Of a stretch of DNA of 64,000 nt, positions 39,820-53,859 are shown piece after piece. This DNA is from Eledone cirrhosa. Taxonomy: Eukaryota. Under the pieces are notes generated by a model, which saw only the letters and a list, made by a program, of their open reading frames with translations, did not search any database and was not told where the DNA came from. Made by a program: the position numbers and the translations under genes. The stretch is from assembly GCA_964016885.1 (NCBI GenBank), contig OZ024745.1, positions 25,978,001-26,042,000 on the forward strand, given 5' to 3'. Every line of letters starts with the position of its first letter. The first letter of the stretch is position 1.

Positions 39820-40495
39820 ACACACACACACACACACACACTTAAACATATACACTCACACTCATGCACATATATAAACACACACATATAAACACATTCA
39901 CATTCTCAGTCATAGAAACACATTCCATATATTTACAAATGCATCCAGACACACAAATACACGTATACACACTAACACATACAAACATACACAGACACTC
40001 ACATACACATACTAACACACACAAATACTCACATGCACACACACACACAGACACACAGGCACTAAGTCACACTCGTATAAATACATCTGCGCACTTACAA
40101 ATACACATTCACATACACATACTAACTCACTCAGTCACGCAATCCCACACAGACACACAAAAGAACAGTCTTATAAACACACTTGCACACATACAAACGT
40201 AGAGAAGTGAATCACAGACACATACAAACACACACACTCACATACACATACTAACTCTCAACGACACACACACACACACAGTAACGTACACTCTTATAAA
40301 CACATTCGCACATATACAAACACAGAAGAAGGGACTCACATACACACAGACACTTACATACACCCACACATACACACACAACATCCGCAACATACACACA
40401 TAACATCTGCAAACTGATAAACATCTGTATGCGTATACATACAGCTACTTACTTACATACACACACACGCACACACACAGACACACTCACACACA

Positions 40496-40528
<33 letters not shown>

Positions 40529-41018
40529 GCACACTCACACACCCTCTCTCACACACACTCTCTCTCTCTCACACACACACACACAGACACACTCACACAC
40601 CCTCTCTCACACACACTCTCTCTCTCTCTCACACACACACAGACACAGACACACTCACACACCCTCTCTCACACACACTCTCTCTCTCTCTCTCACACAC
40701 ACACAGACACAGACACACTCACACACCCTCTCTCACACACACTCTCTCTCTCTCTCTCGCACACACACACACACAGGCACACTCACACACCCTCTCTCAC
40801 ACACACTCTCTCTCACACACACACACACACACAGACACACTCTCTCTCACACACACACACATGCACACTCACACACCCTCTCTCACACACACTCTCTCTC
40901 ACACACACATATACACACATACACACTCACACACCCTCTCTCTCACACACACACACAGACACACTCACACACACTCTCCCTCACACACACACACAGACAC
41001 TCTCACACACACACGGAC
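39820..41018. repeat. (CA)n/(CT)n compound microsatellite
   Basis: Direct reading. Confidence 0.9.
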
Positions 41019-41149
41019 TTAAAAACACTCATTCTCTCTACAATTGAATTGTATGAACAAGAGGACCTCTCCATAATCCCTCGATCTGCTAGAAATAGCA
41101 GTTGAATTCCCATCTCTTAATTGTCGTCTACGGTGACACAGAATAAGAA

Positions 41150-43444
41150 AACAAATATTACCACCACGACGACTACTTCCAGCAGCACCGCCACCACTAT
41201 TACTACTACCACCAACCCCATCCACCCATCTTATCACCCTTCACCCACCAACATCAGCGCCACCACCACCACCAACAACAACCCCAGCCCCACCACCACC
41301 GCCACCACCAACCCCATCCCTCCCCTCCAATCACCTTTCACCCACCACCACCACCGCCGCAGCCGCCGCCGCCACCGCCACTACCACCATCACCACCACC
41401 AATACCACCACTATCGCCATCACCACCATCACCACCATCATCACCACCAACACCTGCACCACCATCACCACCACCACCACCACCACCGACAACCACCGCC
41501 ATCACCTCCACCACCACCACCACCACCACAACCACCACACCACCACCACCACCAACAACAACCACACCACCACCACCACCACACAAACACCAGCAACACC
41601 ACCACCACCACCACACAACCACCACACCACCACCACCACCACCACCACCACCTCCACCACCACCACCACCACACCACCACCACCACCACCACCACCACCA
41701 CACCACCACCACCACCACCACCACCACAACCACCACCACCACTACCACCACCACCACACCACCACCACCACCACCACTACCACCACCACCACCACACCAC
41801 CACCACCACCACCACCACCACCACCACCACCACCACCACCACCACCACCACCACACCACCACCACCACCACCACTACCACCACTACCACCACCACCACCA
41901 CCACCACACAAACACCAGCAACACCACCACCACCACCACCACCAGCAACACCACCACCACACAACCACCACACCACCACCACCACCACCACCACCACCAC
42001 CACCACCACCACCACCACCACCACACAACCACCACACCACCACCACCACCACCACCACCACCACCACCACCACCACCACCACCACCACCACCACCACCAC
42101 CACCACCACCACCACCACTACCACCACCACCACACCACCACCACCACCACCACTACCACCACCACCACCACACCACCACCACCACCACCACCACCACCAC
42201 CACCACCACTACCACCACCACCACACCACCACCACCACCACCACTACCACCACCACCACCACCACCACCACCACCACCACCACTACCACCACCACCACCA
42301 CACCACCACCACCACCACCACTACCACCACCACCACCACCACCACCACCACCACTACCACCACCACCACCACACCACCACCACCACCACCACCACCACCA
42401 CCACCACACCACCACCACACCACCACCCCCACTACCACCACCACCACACCACCACCACCACCACCACTACCACCACCACCACCACCACCACCACCACCAC
42501 CACACAACCACCACACCACCACCACCACCACCACCACCACCACCACCACACAACCACCACACCACCACCACCACCACCACCACCACCACCACCACCACCA
42601 CCACCACCACCACCACCACCACCACCACCACCACACCACCACCACCACCACCACTACCACCACACCACCACACCACCACCACCACCACCACCACCACCAC
42701 CACCACCACCACCACCACCACCACACCACCACCACCACCACCACTACCACCACTACCACCACCACCACCACCACCACACAAACACCAGCAACACCACCAC
42801 CACCACCACCACCAGCAACACCACCACCACACAACCACCACACCACCACCACCACCACCACCACCACCACCACCACCACCACCACCACCACCACACAACC
42901 ACCACACCACGACCACCACCACCACCACCACCACCACCACCACCACCACCACCACCACCACCACCACCACCACCACCACCACCACCACTACCACCACCAC
43001 CACACCACCACCACCACCACCACCACCACCACCACCACCACCACCACCACCACCACCACCACCACCACCACCACCACCACCACAACCACCACCACCACCA
43101 CCACTACCACCACCACCACACCACCACCACCACCACCACCACCACCACCACCACCACCACCACCACCACCACCACCACCACCACCACCACCACCACCACC
43201 ACCACCACCACCACACCACCACCACCACCACCACCACCACCACCACCACCACCACCACCACCACCACCACCACCACCACCACCACCACCACCACCACCAC
43301 CACCACCACCACTACCACCACCACCACACCACCACCACCACTACCACCACCACCACCACCACCACCACCACCACCACCACCACCACCACCACCACCACCA
43401 CCACCACCACACCACCACCACCACCACCACCACCACCACCACCA
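41150..43444. repeat. ~2.1-kb (CCA)n tract with internal block duplication
   Basis: Marker cacaaacaccagcaacacc at about 41582, 41907 and 42777. Confidence 0.95.
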
Positions 43445-43566
43445 TGAACAAGATGGTACACATTTATACATTCTTTTAGATATTTATTTATTCACTCATT
43501 CTACTACCTTTTATGGCATTCATTCCAATCATCCAATTCTTCAGCCAGTCCCTTAGAAACCTAACT

Positions 43567-46500
43567 ATCCAGCCACCAGGACAGCCAGCCATCAGGACAT
43601 CCAGCCACCAGGACAACCAGCCATCAGGACAGCCAGCCACCCGGACATCCAGACATCAGGACATCCAGCCACCAGGACATCCAGCCACCAGGACAACCAG
43701 CCATCAGGACAACCAGCCATCAGGACAACCAGCCATCAGGACATCCAGACATCAGGACATCCAGACATCAGGACAGCCAGCCATCAGGACATCCAGCCAT
43801 CAGGACATCCAGCCATCAGGACATCCAGCCATCAGGACATCCAGCCATCAGGACATCCAGCCATCAGGACATCCAGCCACCAGGACAGCCAGCCATCAGG
43901 ACATCCAGCCATCAGGACATCCAGCCATCAGGACATCCAGCCATCAGGACATCCAGACATCAGGACAGCCAGCCAACAGGACATCCAGCCACCAGGACAG
44001 CCAGCCATCAGGACATCCAGCCACCAGGACAGCCAGCCATCAGGACATCCAGACACCAGGACAGCCAGCCATCAGGACATCCAGCCATCAGGACATCCAG
44101 CCACCAGGACAGCCAGCCATCAGGACATCCAGACACCAGGACAGCCAGCCATCAGGACATCCAGACATCAGGACATCCAGACATCAGGACATCCAGCCAT
44201 CAGGACATCCAGCCATCAGGACATCCAGCTATCAGGACATCCAGCCATCAGGACAACCAGCCATCAGGACATCCAGCGATCAGGACATCCATATCCGGAC
44301 ATCCAGCCACCAGGACAGCCAGCCACCAGGACATCCAGCCATCAGGACATCCAGACATCAGGACATCCAGCCATCAGGACATCCAGCCATCAGGACATCC
44401 AGCCATCAGGACATCCAGACATCAGGACATCCAGCCATCAGGACAACCAGCCATCAGGACATCCAGCCATCAGGACATCCATATCCGGACATCCAGCCAC
44501 CAGGACAGCCAGCCACCAGGACATCCAGCCATCAGGACATCCAGCCATCAGGACATCCAGCCATCAGGACATCCAGACATCAGGACATCCAGCCATCAGG
44601 ACAACCAGCCATCAGGACATCCAGCCATCAGGACATCCATATCCGGACATCCAGCCACCAGGACAGCCAGCCACCAGGACATCCAGCCATCAGGACAGCC
44701 AGCCATCAGGACATCCAGCCACCAGGACATCCAGCCATCAGGACATCCAGCCATCAGGACATCCAGCCATCAGGACATCCAGACATCAGGACAGCCAGCC
44801 ATCAGGACAGCCAGCCATCAGGACATCCAGCCACCAGGACAGCCAGCCATCAGGACATCCAGCCATCAGGACATCCAGCCATCAGGACATCCAGCCATCA
44901 GGACATCCAGACATCAGGACAGCCAGCCAACAGGACATCCAGCCACCAGGACAGCCAGCCATCAGGACATCCAGCCACCAGGACAGCCAGCCATCAGGAC
45001 ATCCAGACACCAGGACAGCCAGCCATCAGGACATCCAGCCATCAGGACATCCAGCCACCAGGACAGCCAGCCATCAGGACATCCAGACACCAGGACAGCC
45101 AGCCATCAGGACATCCAGACATCAGGACATCCAGACATCAGGACATCCAGCCATCAGGACATCCAGCCATCAGGACATCCAGCTATCAGGACATCCAGCC
45201 ATCAGGACAACCAGCCATCAGGACATCCAGCCATCAGGACATCCATATCCGGACATCCAGCCACCAGGACAGCCAGCCACCAGGACATCCAGCCATCAGG
45301 ACATCCAGACATCAGGACATCCAGCCATCAGGACATCCAGCCATCAGGACATCCAGCCATCAGGACATCCAGCCATCAGGACATCCAGCCATCAGGACAT
45401 CCAGACATCAGGACATCCAGCCATCAGGACAACCAGCCATCAGGACATCCAGCCATCAGGACATCCATATCCGGACATCCAGCCACCAGGACAGCCAGCC
45501 ACCAGGACATCCAGCCATCAGGACAGCCAGCCATCAGGACATCCAGCCACCAGGACATCCAGCCATCAGGACATCCAGCCATCAGGACATCCAGCCATCA
45601 GGACATCCAGACATCAGGACAGCCAGCCATCAGGACAGCCAGCCACCAGGACATCCAGCCATCAGGACATCCAGCCATCAGGACATCCAGCCATCAGGAC
45701 ATCCAGACATCAGGACATCCAGACATCAGGACAGCCAGCCATCAGGACAGCCAGCCACCAGGACATCCAGCCATCAGGACATCCAGCCATCAGGACATCC
45801 AGCCATCAGGACATCCAGCCATCAGGACATCCAGACATCAGGACAGCCAGCCATCAGGCCATCCAGCCACCAGGACATCCAGCCATCAGGACATCCAGCC
45901 ATCAGGACATCCAGCCATCAGGACATCCAGACATCAGGACAGCCAGCCATCAGGACAGCCAGCCATCAGGACATCCAGCCACCAGGACATCCAGCCACCA
46001 GGACAGCCAGCCATCAGGCCAACCGGACATCCAGCCACCCGGACAACCAGCCATCCGGACATCCATATCCGGACATCCAGCCATCAGGACATCCATCCAT
46101 CAGGACATCCAGACATCAGGACATCCAGACATCAGGACAGGCAGCCACCAGGACAGCCAGCCATCAGGACATCCAGCCATCAGGACATCCAGCCATCAGG
46201 ACATCCAGCCATCAGGACATCCATCCATCAGGACATCCAGACATCAGGACATCCAGACATCAGGACAGGCAGCCATCAGGACATCCAGCCATCCGGACAT
46301 CCAGACATCAGGACAGCCAGCCATCAGGACAGCCAGCCATCAGGACAACCAGCCACCAGGACAGCCAGCCACCAGGACAGCCAGCCATCAGGCCAACCGG
46401 ACATCCAGCCACCCGGACAACCAGCCATCCGGACATCCATATCCGGACATCCAGCCATCAGGACATCCATCCATCAGGACATCCAGCCACCAGGACAGCC

Positions 46501-48296
46501 AGCCATCAGGCCAACCGGACATCCAGCCACCCGGACAACCAGCCATCCGGACATCCATATCCGGACATCCAGCCACCAGGACAGCCAGCCATCAGGACAG
46601 CCAGCCATCAGGACATCCAGACATCAGGACATCCAGCCATCAGGACAGCCAGCCATCAGGACAGCCAGCCATCAGGACATCCAGACATCAGGACATCCAG
46701 CCATCAGGACATCCAGACATCAGGACATCCAGCCATCAGGACATCCATCCATCAGGACATCCAGCCACCAGGACAGCCAGCCATCAGGCCAACCGGACAT
46801 CCAGCCACCCGGACAACCAGCCATCCGGACATCCATATCCGGACATCCAGCCATCAGGACATCCATCCATCAGGACATCCAGCCATCCGGACATCCAGAC
46901 ATCAGGACATCCAGCCACCAGGACAACCAGCCATCATGACAACCAGCCATCCGGACATCCAGACATCAGGACATCCAGCCATCAGGACATCCAGCCACCA
47001 GGACAGCCAGCCATCATGACAACCAGCCATCAGGACATCCAGACATCAGGACATCCAGCCATCAGGACATCCAGCCATCAGGACAGCCAGCCATCAGAAC
47101 ATCCAGACATCAGGACATCCAGCCATCAGGACATCCAGCCATCAGGACATCCAGCCATCAGGACAGCCAGCCATCAGGACATCCAGACATCAGGACATCC
47201 AGCCATCAGGACATCCAGCCATCAGGACAGCCAGCCATCAGAACATCCAGACATCAGGACATCCAGCCATCAGGACATCCAGCCATCAGGACATCCAGCC
47301 ATCAGGACAGCCAGCCATCAGAACATCCAGACATCAGGACATCCAGCCATCAGGACATCCAGACATCAGGACATCCAGACATCAGGACATCCAGCCACCA
47401 GGACAGCCAGCCATCAGGACATCCAGCCATCAGGACAGCCAGCCATCAGGACATCCAGCCATCAGGACATCCAGCCATCAGGACATCCAGCCATCAGGAC
47501 ATCCAGCCATCAGGACAGCCAGCCATCAGGACATCCAGCCACCAGGACAGCCAGCCATCATGACATCCAGACATCAGGACATCCAGACATCAGGACATCC
47601 AGCCACCAGGACATCCAGACATCAGGACATCCAGACATCAGGACATCCAGACATCAGGACATCCAGCCACCAGGACAGCCAGCCATCAGGACATCCAGCC
47701 ACCAGGACAGCCAGCCATCAGGACATCCAGCCATCAGGACAGCCAGCCATCAGGACATCCAGACATCAGGACATCCAGACATCAGGACATCCAGACATCA
47801 GGACATCCAGCCACCAGGACAGCCAGCCATCAGGACATCCAGCCACCAGGACAGCCAGCCATCAGGACATCCAGCCACCAGGACAGCCAGCCATCAGGAC
47901 ATCCAGACATCAGGACATCCAGACATCAGGACATCCAGCCACCAGGACAGCCAGCCATCAGGACATCCAGCCACCAGGACAGCCAGCCATCAGGACATCC
48001 AGCCATCAGGACATCCAGACATCAGGACATCCAGCCACCAGGACAGCCAGCCATCATGACAACCAGCCATCAGGACATCCAGCCATCAGGACATCCAGCC
48101 ATCAGGACATCCAGCCACCAGGACAACCAGCCATCAGGACATCCAGCCACCAGGACAACCAGCCATCAGGACATCCAGCCATCAGGACATCCAGACATCA
48201 GGACATCCAGCCACCAGGACAGCCAGCCATCAGGACAACCAGCCATCAGGAAATCCAGCCATCAGGACAACCAGCCATCAGGACATCCAGCCATCA
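43567..48296. repeat. 16-bp satellite (consensus CCAGCCATCAGGACAT), about 4.7 kb
   Basis: About 295 units by length, with variants (ccagac, ggacag, ggacaa, and a 14-bp ccatatccggacat). Confidence 0.95.
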
Positions 48297-48646
48297 CTTG
48301 TTCGTCCATCTAACCAGCGATCCACCTAGATATCTAACCATCCAGCCATCCAGACATGCAACCAATTATTTGTTCGTCTACCTGACCAGCGATCCATCTA
48401 CCTAGCGATCCATCTAGCCAACGATCCATTTCGCCAGCGATCCATCTAGTATCTAACCATTAGTCCCCAAACCATCCTGCAGTGAACTTCATTTGGGTTA
48501 TTTGGCAGTATCGGTAGAGGGTCGGATATGCTTTCCAGCATAGTTACGTCCCCCAAGTTGTATTGGTTGTTATGTGGCAGCCCATGACAACCAATACAAC
48601 TTGTACAAATGTGGATCTACTACATTCATTGAAATATATATATATA

Positions 48647-48835
48647 GTTATATTTGGGGCGGGTCATATTGTTATAATATTGCTAGAAATATGTAATAAA
48701 ACACACTCACTAGTAAGTGAAGTACTCAATACATTAGTAGAGTATATACAAAATTTAATATAGAAATTGTACAGGACTAGAACTGTTTCATTCGTAAGAA
48801 ATCTTATACTTTGCTAACACGTATTGAGTGCACAT
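48647..48835 (-). mobile_element. Family B-related element with a hammerhead 3' half
   Basis: Minus strand reads gatttcttacgaatGAAACagttctagtcctGTAcaatttc. The left end gttatatttggggcgggtcatatt resembles the end of the 52929 element. Confidence 0.55.
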
Positions 48836-48974
48836 TCAGTTAATGTTATAATGTTTTCAGTACACTGGTATTTACAACACCCCACTCAGTCTTCCTCTCT
48901 TCCTCCTACCACTCTCGCACTCTCACTTTCTCCCTCTCTCGCTATTTATGTATATATATCTATATATATATCTA

Positions 48975-49210
<236 letters not shown>

Positions 49211-49589
49211 TGGTGAGAAAGATGTAGAGGAAAGTGGTTGGATGGAAGGAAAATATAACATAGAAATAGGACGTAAAGAGCAACTAAAAGAGAGAGAGGT
49301 GACGAGAGAAAGAAATACAGAACAAAGGACAGAGAGAGAGAGGGGGAGGGGGGAGAAGAGACCGAGAGAGAAAAGAGACCGAGAGAGAGAGAGGTAATAA
49401 GCAAGCGAAAAGAGTTAAAACATTCCTCCCCTAACACTAAACCTATCGTAGCCTCCGCCCTCTCCCCAATTGACAGAAGGTAAAATACGAGCATAACAAA
49501 AACGTGAAGAAGCTGTCTTTTAGTGCAACTATTCATTCATCAAACACATTTGTGTCTAACCCACCTATCTCCCTCTTTCTTACTCACGT

Positions 49590-49594
49590 ATTCA

Positions 49595-49625
<31 letters not shown>

Positions 49626-49644
49626 TCTCTCTCTCTCACACACG

Positions 49645-49709
<65 letters not shown>

Positions 49710-49789
49710 TCTCTCTCTCTCTCTCTCTCACACACACTCTCTCTTTCTCTCTCTCTCTCACTCACACACACACACACACTCTCTCTCTA

Positions 49790-49852
<63 letters not shown>

Positions 49853-49974
49853 ATCTCTCTCTCTCTCTCTCACTCTCTCTCACTCTCACACACACACACA
49901 CTCTCTCTCTATCTATCTCTCTCTTACACACACACACACTCTCTCTCACACACAGACTCTCTCTCACACACAGA

Positions 49975-50006
<32 letters not shown>

Positions 50007-50095
50007 CTCTCTCACACACACTCTCTCTCTCACACACACACATACTCTCTCTCACACACACACACACTCTCTCTCTCACACACACACACACACAC

Positions 50096-50126
<31 letters not shown>

Positions 50127-50207
50127 CTCTCTCTCCCTCTCTCTCTCACACACACACACACTCTCTCTCACACACACACACTCTCTCTCTCACACACACA
50201 CACACAC

Positions 50208-50238
<31 letters not shown>

Positions 50239-50345
50239 CTCTCCCTCCCTCTCTCTCTCACACACACACACTCTCTCTCTCACACACACACACACTCTCT
50301 CTCTCACACACACACACACTCTCTCTCTCTCTCACACACACACAT
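49590..50345. repeat. (CT)n(CA)n compound microsatellite
   Basis: Direct reading. Confidence 0.9.
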
Positions 50346-50547
50346 GTATTCATACACATTCGACACCACAACATGAAAGAGTAAGTCTTCATACTTTCCT
50401 TTTGTTTTTACAGAAAAAATTCTAGAGATGTACGGATTTCTCTGTCAAGCTTCTACAGCACATGCACACACATATATATGCATATATGTATATACACACA
50501 CACACACACACAGAGAGGCATATATATATATATAAATATATTATATG

Positions 50548-50657
<110 letters not shown>

Positions 50658-50705
50658 GTATATTATATATATAGATATATATATATATATATATATAATA
50701 TATAT

Positions 50706-50760
50706 AGAGATTCCTGATGATTTCTAAAGAATGAAACAGTTCTAGTCCTGTAGAATCTCT
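50706..50760 (+). ncRNA. Stand-alone type I hammerhead ribozyme (family B) inside (TA)n
   Basis: agagattc CTGATGA tttctaaagaat GAAAC agttctagtcct GTA gaatctct. Stem I 8 bp. Identical to the 13024-13074 core. Confidence 0.85.
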
Positions 50761-50766
50761 CTATAT

Positions 50767-50797
<31 letters not shown>

Positions 50798-50924
50798 ATG
50801 TATGATGTATATATATATACATGCAATATATATATATATATTTGCTCTACGGTTCTTATATATTTGATTTATATTTATCCTTATCGAGCCCTCTTTGTAT
50901 TTGTGTCTTCAAATTTATTATTAT

Positions 50925-50999
<75 letters not shown>

Positions 51000-51053
51000 C
51001 ATACATATTTATTAAAATAACATTTGGATTTTATTCTTCACATTTATTATTAT

Positions 51054-51107
<54 letters not shown>

Positions 51108-51111
<4 letters not shown>

Positions 51112-51303
51112 AAGTATGACCCCGACGGCAGAGCTCAAGCCGTTTCGACGGCTATTTCTGGACGGTCCAGAAATAGCCGTCGAAACGGCTTGAGCTCTGC
51201 CGTCGGGGTCATACTTTTTTCCTATTTCCCACTCTACTACCCTAAGTATTGAGTACTCTGGTGCGTTATGGTCCATCTGGTTCCTTACCACTATTCCTTT
51301 GTT
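51108..51303 (+). mobile_element. Family A element with a perfect ~54-bp-arm palindrome
   Basis: aaaaagtatgacccc...ctggac g gtccag...ggggtcatacttttt, followed by the family tail. Confidence 0.75.
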
Positions 51304-51342
51304 ATATATATATATATGTACATATACGCACACACGCGCGCG

Positions 51343-51373
<31 letters not shown>

Positions 51374-51726
51374 TCACACATATATATATATGACATTTTA
51401 TGAATGTTTCTCTCTATGTATATGTTTGTGTCAGTGTAAGATTGTCTGGCAGTGCGTGAGTGCATGTTAGTATTTGTGAATTTAGTCAATATAAATGACG
51501 TGTGATCATGTTTATTCATACATCACTGCACACACACACGCCGACACATGCATACACACACACACGCATACTTGCACATACACACACGTAACAAATGCAC
51601 ACGCACACATACATAAAACACAAACAACCTCTATTTCATTCTCTCTCTCTTTCCCTCTTTTCCATACACAGATATGCGTTTGTCTCTGTGTGTGTGAGCG
51701 CACGTATGTGAATGTGTGTGTATGTA

Positions 51727-51765
<39 letters not shown>

Positions 51766-52890
51766 GTGTGTGTACGTACATATGTGTCAATGCAATTATG
51801 TTTCACTGAAATTGTCTACTTGTCATTTCATAGTCTAATTCAGAGACCAGAAACTACATTTTGTAATGGCTACTTTTATTTTTTAGTTTTGCCCATGACT
51901 CCCCTTTATATTATATTATATTTGAGTATGGACCCGTAACTTCCGATGAAGTTGCAGGGATGCCGTAGTGAAATATGTGTCATGGGAATTTTCTCGCCAC
52001 CGGAGCCCATCCCGTTCCTAGTTTGAACACGATGGATTTCTTCTAGAAAAGAAAAAAAGAAGATGAAGTAGAGAGGGGAAGGGAGAAAGAGATAAAGAGA
52101 TAGAATCGATTATTCGATACAGATCTTTTAATGACAAAAGGCAAAGGTGACCACGACAGGATTTGAACTTGTAACATTGAGAACCGAAACGTATGCTGCA
52201 TAGCCTTCTATCCTTTAGGCAAGTATTCAGATCCATTATTTGGTTTGAGGATACCTCCGTCACTCCCTACCACCAGTATAGGAAATTATGAAAATTAGAT
52301 GATACAGCCATTCCCTTTTTACATAAGCCATGGGAAAAGAAGTAACAAAAACAATCCAGCATATTTTGGAAAACAAAAGCAAGGATTTTCAAACCTGGTA
52401 GTAGTCATACATACATTGACTATTGCCAACGTATTCAAGTTGGCATGAAGCAGTCTTGAACCAATTAGTTCCTTGAGCAGTATTTCAAACAATAATCTTC
52501 TAATCTTCATTTATCCACTAAAGCAATATGGATGTGTTTAATGTCGATGCACACAGGACATTCTGGAAAGTCGAACAGAAAGATAACCAACAATGTTATC
52601 TACTGAGAGATTAGTAACTTATAGCTATTTATAATGAATAGAAATTGGAGAAGAAAACTAAACTGGCCAGTCTAATATTCAAAACTGTGCAGACGATAGC
52701 AACGAGAATTAACTAAGTTTTCTTTTCCCTAGAGAAGGTTTAATAAAACCAGAAATTACTCTGACCAATCACATTCTTGACGAGGGAAGATACATTCGTG
52801 GTGTTAACAATCTGGTTTACTTTTCCGAGTGAGGTTATAGAAACGTTTACTTTACATCTCAATTTACCCGTAAAAGTGGTGTATAGTACA

Positions 52891-52928
<38 letters not shown>

Positions 52929-52930
<2 letters not shown>

Positions 52931-53800
52931 ATACTTGGGGAGGGTCATATTTGTGTAATATTGCCAAAATTAATAACAGAACACACCCACTGTTTGGTTG
53001 GTTTTCGCTTTTCGCTTCTGTGTCTTTTATATCGGTAATCTAATTTATTCGGTCCTCAATGTTGCCATTGACTGACCAACGGTCAAAAATAATACAGATA
53101 CAATATAGACACAAACACATATATATAGTTTATCAAAGTTCTTTCGTTGCACATCTGCAACATCGTCAGTGGTGCTATTGTTTCCTCCCGTTACATTGTA
53201 TTTTCTACCCAAACAAACAACACTGGCCTAAGAGAAGTATAAATAAATAAATAAATAAATACATACACAAGCACAATAACAACAAACACATATAAACACA
53301 CACTAGTAAAGATAGAATACATTAACCAATACACAGTCTCCCAATCACGAACACACATCAAACAAAACACTATACACACACACAAACGCATGCGCAAGGA
53401 AGACAAAATAAAATAAACAAGTAAATAAATATATAAACAGACTAAATAAAGATGGCGTAGAAAATACAATGTAATGGGAGGAAACAATAGCACCACTGAC
53501 GATGTTGCAGATGTGCAACGAAAGAACTTTGATAAACTATATATATGTGTTTGTGTCTATATCTATATTGTATCTGTATTATTTTTGACCGTTGGTCAGT
53601 CAATAGCAACATTGAGGACCGAATAAATTAGATTACCGATATAAAAGACACAGAAGCGAAAAGCGAAAACCAACCAAACAGTGAGTGTTCTGTTATTAAT
53701 TTTGGCAATATTACACAAATATGACCCTCCCCAAGTATAAAAATATTTGTTTCGACACACGATTTCATATAAAAAACCTCGCAAAACTAATTCATCGCCG

Positions 53801-53802
<2 letters not shown>
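52929..53802 (+). mobile_element. Third inverted-arm (PLE-like) element, non-coding
   Basis: About 280-bp inverted arms (52929-53208 and 53457-53740). Tail 53741-53802. (TA)n flanks. Hammerhead-like CTGACGA t gttgca gatg tgcaac GAAA at 53496-53523. Confidence 0.7.

Positions 53803-53859
<57 letters not shown>

Noticed and set aside
41121-43556. 811-aa poly-H/T/P ORF and antisense poly-V/W/G ORFs
   Set aside because: Translation of a (CCA)n tract that switches among all three frames; no domain content.
43567-48296. CRISPR-like array
   Set aside because: Units abut with no unique spacers; eukaryotic context; no cas genes.
43513-48405. 1168-aa and other repeat-protein ORFs
   Set aside because: The unit is 16 bp (not a multiple of 3) and stop-free in every plus-strand frame, and the 14-bp variants shift frame freely. 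This is a satellite rather than a coding repeat.
51930-51990. CCGATGA...GAAA tatgtg TC hammerhead-like string
   Set aside because: Core change, mostly wobble stem II and displaced stem I; too weak to support.
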